Source: an uncultured Acetatifactor sp.
GTDB taxonomy: Bacteria > Bacillota > Clostridia > Lachnospirales > Lachnospiraceae
NCBI GenBank assembly: GCA_964604835.1
Contig: CAZSAJ010000001.1
Coordinates: 42,888 to 106,887 of the forward strand
Direction: 5' to 3'
DNA: 64,000 bases
Under the pieces are notes generated by a model. That model was not told the origin of the DNA. It saw only the letters and a list, made by a program, of their open reading frames with translations, and searched no databases. Positions 59,006 through 64,000 of the stretch are shown here, in pieces (within the stretch, counting starts at the first letter, position 1; each line of letters starts with the position of its first letter). The position numbers were made by a program, and so were the translations under genes.

Positions 59006-59526
59006 TCTAAAAGCGCTCCTTTTATTACAATCGGAATACCACATACGAGTTCGTATACTGCGTCCGCCCGTCTTGCGAGCTCGGCGTTTATCCTCCCGAG
59101 GGCGGCGATGTAGGCCATAGTGCCGGAATCGTAGATCTGTCCGTCACTGCCTACATCGTTGGTCACGATAATCAGATTTACGCACTGTCGGCGCAGAGCC
59201 TCCACGCCTTCAATGACCCTGTCACAGGGATCCGAGAAACCGTATTTGTTATCAAACATCTCATTTGCCGTCAGATTGCAGATACATTCCAGAAGCGCCG
59301 TTCCTCGGCGGGGGAGCAGTAAAGAAGACAAGTCGGTGTACCGTTCCACGGTCTCAAAGCCTTTGTCTTTCCGCATCTTTCTATGTCGGGAGATCTTCCG
59401 CCGGCTTTCCTCTCCGAACGGACGCATGGCGGCGATATAATATCGAGGTTTTGGCAGTTTGACACATAGGGATTCCGCATAGGAGCTTTTTCCGCAGCCT
59501 GAACCGCCGGTCAGCAAAATCATCAT
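59002..59526 (-). CDS. cobU: Adenosylcobinamide kinase / phosphate guanylyltransferase
   Basis: TGGSGCGKSSYAE, YIA, I.RHR..R..F.TVE, VTNDVG, VCGIP. Confidence 0.88.
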   Translation of the reverse strand: MMILLTGGSGCGKSSYAESLCVKLPKPRYYIAAMRPFGEESRRKISRHRKMRKDKGFETVERYTDLSSLLLPRRGTALLECICNLTANEMFDNKYGFSDPCDRVIEGVEALRRQCVNLIIVTNDVGSDGQIYDSGTMAYIAALGRINAELARRADAVYELVCGIPIVIKGALLE

Positions 59527-60587
59527 GGTTTTTCTTCTCCTTGGGGGACATATTGCACAATGCCCGTATCTGAAAAGGTTGCGGCATTATGATATACGGA
59601 AAGGGCTAGGTCGATGAGAGGCATCAGGCATATCGCTCCGGTTCCCTCGCCTAGTTTTAATCCCGCATGGAGCAGCGGCTTCAGACCAAGTCTGTCAAAA
59701 ATTTTTCCGGCTGCGGGCTCAGCCGAACAGTGGCTGGCAATCATAGCGCAGACACTGCCCGGGCAGAGCATCGAGGCAGCCAATGCGGCCGTGGCGCTGA
59801 TGACTCCGTCGATGATGATCGGTATACGGTACAGCGCGCCGCCAAGGAACAGTCCTGTCATGCCCGCAATGTCAAAGCCGCCCAGCTTATAAAGCACATC
59901 AAGGGCATCCTGTGAATCCGGGCGGTTCACCTCGATGGCTCGACGAATAACATCCTGCTTACGCAGAAGCCCTTCGTCACTAAGGCCCGCCCCACGCCCC
60001 GCTGTCTTATCTGCCGGAAGCTCCAGCAGCACAGACGACACCGCGGCGGAGGAGGTGGTGTTGCCAATTCCCATCTCGCCGGTGGCCAGCAGTTCGTATC
60101 CCTGCTCTTTGTACTCTCGAACCAGCGACATACCCGTTTCAATGCATTTTATGGCCTCATCCCGTGTCATGGCAGGACCAACGGCGATATTGGCCGTCCC
60201 ATTTGCAATATGAAGATCTCTGACACCGGGTACGCGGTGGAGCATACCGATATCGATGGGGAATACATCTGTCCCGGTAGAGGCAGACATAACGCAGACA
60301 CTGGATCGCCTCTGCGCTATCATTTTCGCCATGGTGGCTGTGACGGAAGCGTCTGTCTGGGTAACGCCCTCGGCGACCACACCGTTATCGGCACAGAAAA
60401 TTACAACCCCGCGTTTATGAATACACACATTTTCGCTGCCGGTCAGGCCCGCAATCCGACCACAGATTCTTTCCATTTCTCCGAGTCCTTCTAACGGCTT
60501 CGCAATCGTATCCCAGTGCGCCTTGCACTGCTTCATCACACGTTTGTCCGGAGGCAGTATTCTGCGGTTGAGATCGTTAAAGTTCAT
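59523..60587 (-). CDS. cobT: Nicotinate-nucleotide--dimethylbenzimidazole phosphoribosyltransferase
   Basis: KP..GLG, CADNGV..EGV, GEMGIGNTT, GRGAG, LGEGTGA; SD GGAGG. Confidence 0.95.
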   Translation of the reverse strand: MNFNDLNRRILPPDKRVMKQCKAHWDTIAKPLEGLGEMERICGRIAGLTGSENVCIHKRGVVIFCADNGVVAEGVTQTDASVTATMAKMIAQRRSSVCVMSASTGTDVFPIDIGMLHRVPGVRDLHIANGTANIAVGPAMTRDEAIKCIETGMSLVREYKEQGYELLATGEMGIGNTTSSAAVSSVLLELPADKTAGRGAGLSDEGLLRKQDVIRRAIEVNRPDSQDALDVLYKLGGFDIAGMTGLFLGGALYRIPIIIDGVISATAALAASMLCPGSVCAMIASHCSAEPAAGKIFDRLGLKPLLHAGLKLGEGTGAICLMPLIDLALSVYHNAATFSDTGIVQYVPQGEEKP

Positions 60588-60604
60588 ACCATCTTCCTCC
60601 TTTG

Positions 60605-61363
60605 TCACTCCCATTGGGAGAGCATTTTATGCATCCATGTGCGGACATCCATCTGATAAACCTTGTCAAGATTCTCCGAAGTCAGGACTTCGGACATATT
60701 CCCTTGTGACACTGCGTGTCCCTGATCCATGAGCAGCGCTTTCGTTCCGTAAGCCTTCGCCAGACTGAGGTCATGGACGACGGAAATCACAGCCCGTCCC
60801 GGTGTTTTCAGCCAGTCGGAGATCATGCCGAACACTTGCTTCTGATAGATCAGATCGAGGTGGTTCGTCGGCTCATCCAGCAGGAGGAGCTTTGGGTTCT
60901 GGGCGAACACCTGCGCAAGAAACGTGCGCTGCAGCTCTCCGCCGGAAAGGGTGAGGACAGATTGCTTCCGCTGTGTCTCCATCCCGGTGAGTTTCAGCGC
61001 AGCCTCAACGGCCTCCCCGTCGCCGCGCCCGTGGGAGAGAAAGCCGGACGAATAGGAATACCGTCCCAGTGCCACGACTTCCTCTACGGAAAAGGGATAT
61101 GCCGAAAAATGGGACTGCGTCAGCATCCCCATTGACCGCGCAAGGATGCCGGGTCCCATTTTTTGGACGGATATTCCGTCAAACAAAATCTCGCCGGAGT
61201 ATGGTACGCCTTGTGTGACTGCATTCAAAGCAGTGGATTTTCCTGCTCCGTTGGGACCGACGATCATCAGCCACTGTCCTTCCTTCACGGAAAAACTGAG
61301 TCTGTTCACAACCGTCAGGCTACCGTACCGAACCGTCAGGTCTTTTACTCGCAGCATAGTCAT
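60605..61363 (-). CDS. Corrinoid ABC transporter ATP-binding protein (BtuD-like)
   Basis: GPNGAGKST, LSGGELQR, LLLDEPTNHLD, HDL. Confidence 0.92.
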   Translation of the reverse strand: MTMLRVKDLTVRYGSLTVVNRLSFSVKEGQWLMIVGPNGAGKSTALNAVTQGVPYSGEILFDGISVQKMGPGILARSMGMLTQSHFSAYPFSVEEVVALGRYSYSSGFLSHGRGDGEAVEAALKLTGMETQRKQSVLTLSGGELQRTFLAQVFAQNPKLLLLDEPTNHLDLIYQKQVFGMISDWLKTPGRAVISVVHDLSLAKAYGTKALLMDQGHAVSQGNMSEVLTSENLDKVYQMDVRTWMHKMLSQWE

Positions 61364-62403
61364 TTCCCCTTTCTTGAGCGGTAGAATATGATGATAAACA
61401 CCACTGCCCCTACAAGGCTCGTGACGACGCCGATGGGAAGTTCCACAGGATTCAGCAAAATACGGGCGATAAGGTCCGCCAGCATCAGGAACACTGCGCC
61501 GCCGAAGGCAGATGCGGGGAGCAGGCGGCGGTGATTTGGTCCCGCCAGCATACGCACCATGTGCGGCGTGACAAGTCCCACAAAGCCGATTGTGCCGCCG
61601 ACGGATACGCAGATGCCGATCAAGCCCGAGACCACAATTAACAGCGTAAGCCGAACCCGCCGCACGTTCACGCCGATGTGGCGGGCGTTATCTTCGCCCA
61701 CTGCGAAGGCGTTCAGTTCCCGTGCATGTAGAAAGATGATCCCGCTAAATACGAGAAGCGAGGCGCCAAGAATCAGTACATCGGCATAGTTTTTTCCCTG
61801 CAGGCTTCCCAAGGTCCAGAAGGTGATATGCTGGATGCGGTCGGCGGCAAAAGCGATAATGATATTCATCAGGCTGGATACAAACATGGAAAAGATGACG
61901 CCAATCAAAATGATCGTATTGGTCGAAAGGGAATAATCCAGCTTGTATGCAAGTCCCAGAATGAGAAACAGCGAAAGGAACGCAAACAGGATCGCCATGA
62001 CCATGGTGCCGGCAAAAGGCAGGAGCGGGAACCGGATGCCAAAGGCAATGGCAATCACAGCTCCCAGTGCCGCGCCGGACGACACACCGAGCGTTGAGCC
62101 GTCGGCCAGCGGATTTTTCAAAAGTCCCTGCATAGCCGCACCGGCCAGCGCCAGCGCAGCGCCGGTCATGGCTACACACAGTACTCGGGGAACCCTGACG
62201 GACAGGATGATTGCGGCAGTGAGTCCTGTGGGCTGCGGATCACCCCGCAGCAAAGCGCCAATTGCCTGCCCGATGACTTCCAGCGTATCAGGCAGTGGAA
62301 TATTGACACTTCCCAGACAAACACAGATGCACAGCACGGCAAAGGTTACGGAGGAAAAGATAAGATATTCTAAAACAGAAAAATGATCTGTCCGTGTTTT
62401 CAT
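61360..62403 (-). CDS. Corrinoid ABC transporter permease (BtuC/FecCD family)
   Basis: RVPR, QGLLKNPLAD..LGVSSGA, GTIGFVGLVTPH, ELPIG. Confidence 0.92.
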   Translation of the reverse strand: MKTRTDHFSVLEYLIFSSVTFAVLCICVCLGSVNIPLPDTLEVIGQAIGALLRGDPQPTGLTAAIILSVRVPRVLCVAMTGAALALAGAAMQGLLKNPLADGSTLGVSSGAALGAVIAIAFGIRFPLLPFAGTMVMAILFAFLSLFLILGLAYKLDYSLSTNTIILIGVIFSMFVSSLMNIIIAFAADRIQHITFWTLGSLQGKNYADVLILGASLLVFSGIIFLHARELNAFAVGEDNARHIGVNVRRVRLTLLIVVSGLIGICVSVGGTIGFVGLVTPHMVRMLAGPNHRRLLPASAFGGAVFLMLADLIARILLNPVELPIGVVTSLVGAVVFIIIFYRSRKGK

Positions 62404-62527
62404 GATTATACCCCAATTTCGTGCGCTTCAGCGCACATGGAATCAATAGTTGAAAGTGATTTCCTTTCAACATTTACCTCCGGAAAAGCAGAAGGGAAAG
62501 GCGGCTTGTTCCCTTCTGCAAAAAACG

Positions 62528-63472
62528 TTATGATGCGTTGCCATACACGAAATCAAAAAGCATCTGAGCTCCGTCTACAAGCCGGGGAGCCGGACGAGAG
62601 AGCTCGTTGTTCTGGAGGTTCAGTATGGCCTCATTTTGGACAGCGGTGATGTTCTCCCAACCCGGTCTGTTCAAAATTTCTTCTTCGGGCTTAGGACCTT
62701 CCCCATAATACATGGTGATCGTCATGATGTAGTCCGGGTTGCGCTCAAGCACTTGCTCTTCCGAAATTTCGGCCCAGCCCTCCACGTCGGTAAAGCAGTT
62801 GGTGAGTCCGAGCATATTTGCAACCTCATCCATAAAAGTGTTTGAACCCGCAGTCCAGAGACCATATTCCAAGGGGGAAACCTCAAAATAGATGGTCTCG
62901 GTGCCGTCTCCGACGGCTTTCTCCTGAATATCGGCAAAAGAGGTCTTCATGCTATTTACGACAGAGGCCGCCTCGTCATTCTTGCCCATCAGTGCGCCGA
63001 TGAGTTCAATGGCTGTGTAGACGCCCTCGATATCCTGAGCATCACTAACCACTACATGGATTCCGGCAGCTTCCAACTGTTCCACCTGTTCCTCGGTCTG
63101 TGCCATGGTACTCATAATCAGAACCTGAGGATTCAGGGCAAGGATCTGCTCAATGTTGGTATCGGAACCGGACTGCACGGGGGGAATATCGAGGACTTCG
63201 GCAGGATAGTCGCAGTATTTGCCGCGGCCGACCAGCGTGTCGCCCGCACCGATGGCATAAAGGATCTCACAATCGGAAGGTGTAAGAGCAACGACACGTG
63301 TAGCAGGCTCATCCAGTGTAACTTCCCGCCCTGTCATGTCTGTGACAGTGATGGAGGGAGCTCCCGCGGACGAGTTACCGGGAACGTTTTGATTGCTGCA
63401 GGCACATAAACCCAACAGCATTATGGCAGCGAGAAAGACTGCCGAAATCTTTGTGTGTTTCATTTGCTTCAT
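62528..63472 (-). CDS. Corrinoid ABC transporter substrate-binding lipoprotein (BtuF-like)
   Basis: Lipobox LCAC, TDMTGREV, RVVAL.PS..EIL, EQIL.LNP, SRPAPR; follows the B12 riboswitch. Confidence 0.9.
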   Translation of the reverse strand: MKQMKHTKISAVFLAAIMLLGLCACSNQNVPGNSSAGAPSITVTDMTGREVTLDEPATRVVALTPSDCEILYAIGAGDTLVGRGKYCDYPAEVLDIPPVQSGSDTNIEQILALNPQVLIMSTMAQTEEQVEQLEAAGIHVVVSDAQDIEGVYTAIELIGALMGKNDEAASVVNSMKTSFADIQEKAVGDGTETIYFEVSPLEYGLWTAGSNTFMDEVANMLGLTNCFTDVEGWAEISEEQVLERNPDYIMTITMYYGEGPKPEEEILNRPGWENITAVQNEAILNLQNNELSRPAPRLVDGAQMLFDFVYGNAS

Positions 63473-63570
63473 TTGATAAAGCTCCTTTCGAATTTTAATA
63501 GACTGAATAGTGAAGGAGCGAATACCCGCGGACATTCCGGCCCACGGAGTTCTTTATCTCTGCCGCCATG

Positions 63571-63603
63571 AAATAAAAATTGCTCCCCCGATTGGAGAGC
63601 AAC
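63571..63603 (-). terminator. Riboswitch expression-platform terminator
   Basis: Minus strand TTGCTCTCC-aatc-GGGGGAGCAA-TTTTTATTT, between the aptamer and btuF. Confidence 0.7.
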
Positions 63604-63660
63604 ACAAATAATGCAGGCATACAACGTACCTACAAAGTTCCACCCAATCCCAGAAGTGAT

Positions 63661-63847
63661 TCATACGCGGACAGGTCTCCCGGCTTGGCTTCACCCTACT
63701 TGGACGCCTTCCCGCCTTGCGGCAGTGACTTGATTGTCCTTTCGTCAGCTTCACGGTTACTGGGATAGCCCGACAGTTGCAGTCGTGTTCCCTCATCGCA
63801 AAACAGAATGTTTTGACGATGGCGCCTCCCGGCGCAAAAGCGTATGA
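63661..63847 (-). ncRNA. Cobalamin riboswitch
   Basis: Minus strand AGGGAA...CACTG..GGGAAGGC...AAGCCGGGAGACCTG B12 box, P1 closed by TCATACGC/GCGTATGA; upstream of btu/cob genes. Confidence 0.92.
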
Positions 63848-63864
63848 TATTCAGTTTAAACCGT

Positions 63865-63893
63865 AAGATAGCACGTTTTTCTTCGTTTTGCAA
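63865..63893 (-). promoter_or_regulatory. Promoter of btu-cob operon
   Basis: Minus strand TTGCAA-17bp-TATCTT with extended TG. Confidence 0.6.
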
Positions 63894-64000
63894 GTATTTT
63901 TTACTTTTTAAGTAGTTTTTAAGTAGTTTAATTTTTCATAAACAATGGAGAAAGAAAGATTTAACAGTAGAAAAATGTCGAAAAGTAATGTATGATAAAA

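Overview
A 64-kb stretch of bacterial chromosome. Gene content, gene order and Shine-Dalgarno style point to a Clostridia, probably Lachnospiraceae-like, gut organism (inference). The GC-rich core holds recQ, the rimP-nusA-ylxR-L7Ae-infB-rbfA-nrnA-truB-ribF operon, rpsO-pnp, trpB2, rarA, malic enzyme, glyA and thrR-hom-aspartokinase. Three accessory zones interrupt it. (1) 1-5.7 kb: an AT-richer pair of a membrane coiled-coil protein and a P-loop ATPase, a candidate small RNA, and an Rpn nuclease gene. The Rpn gene has an internal ribosome-binding site and sits in a 1.68-kb segment that splits one copy of a ~190-bp repeat whose intact copy lies just upstream. (2) 28.7-36 kb: an orphan LytTR regulator with a matching binding box, a lipoprotein, a deleted DUF1016 pseudogene, a cassette-like ORF, and a class B sortase with a VPNTG substrate. 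(3) 53.3-64 kb: a cobalamin-riboswitch-led corrinoid uptake and salvage operon. A serpin lipoprotein and an epimerase-GH26 fusion also stand out. No rRNA, tRNA or CRISPR array was seen. All calls come from reading motifs by eye; no searches were run.
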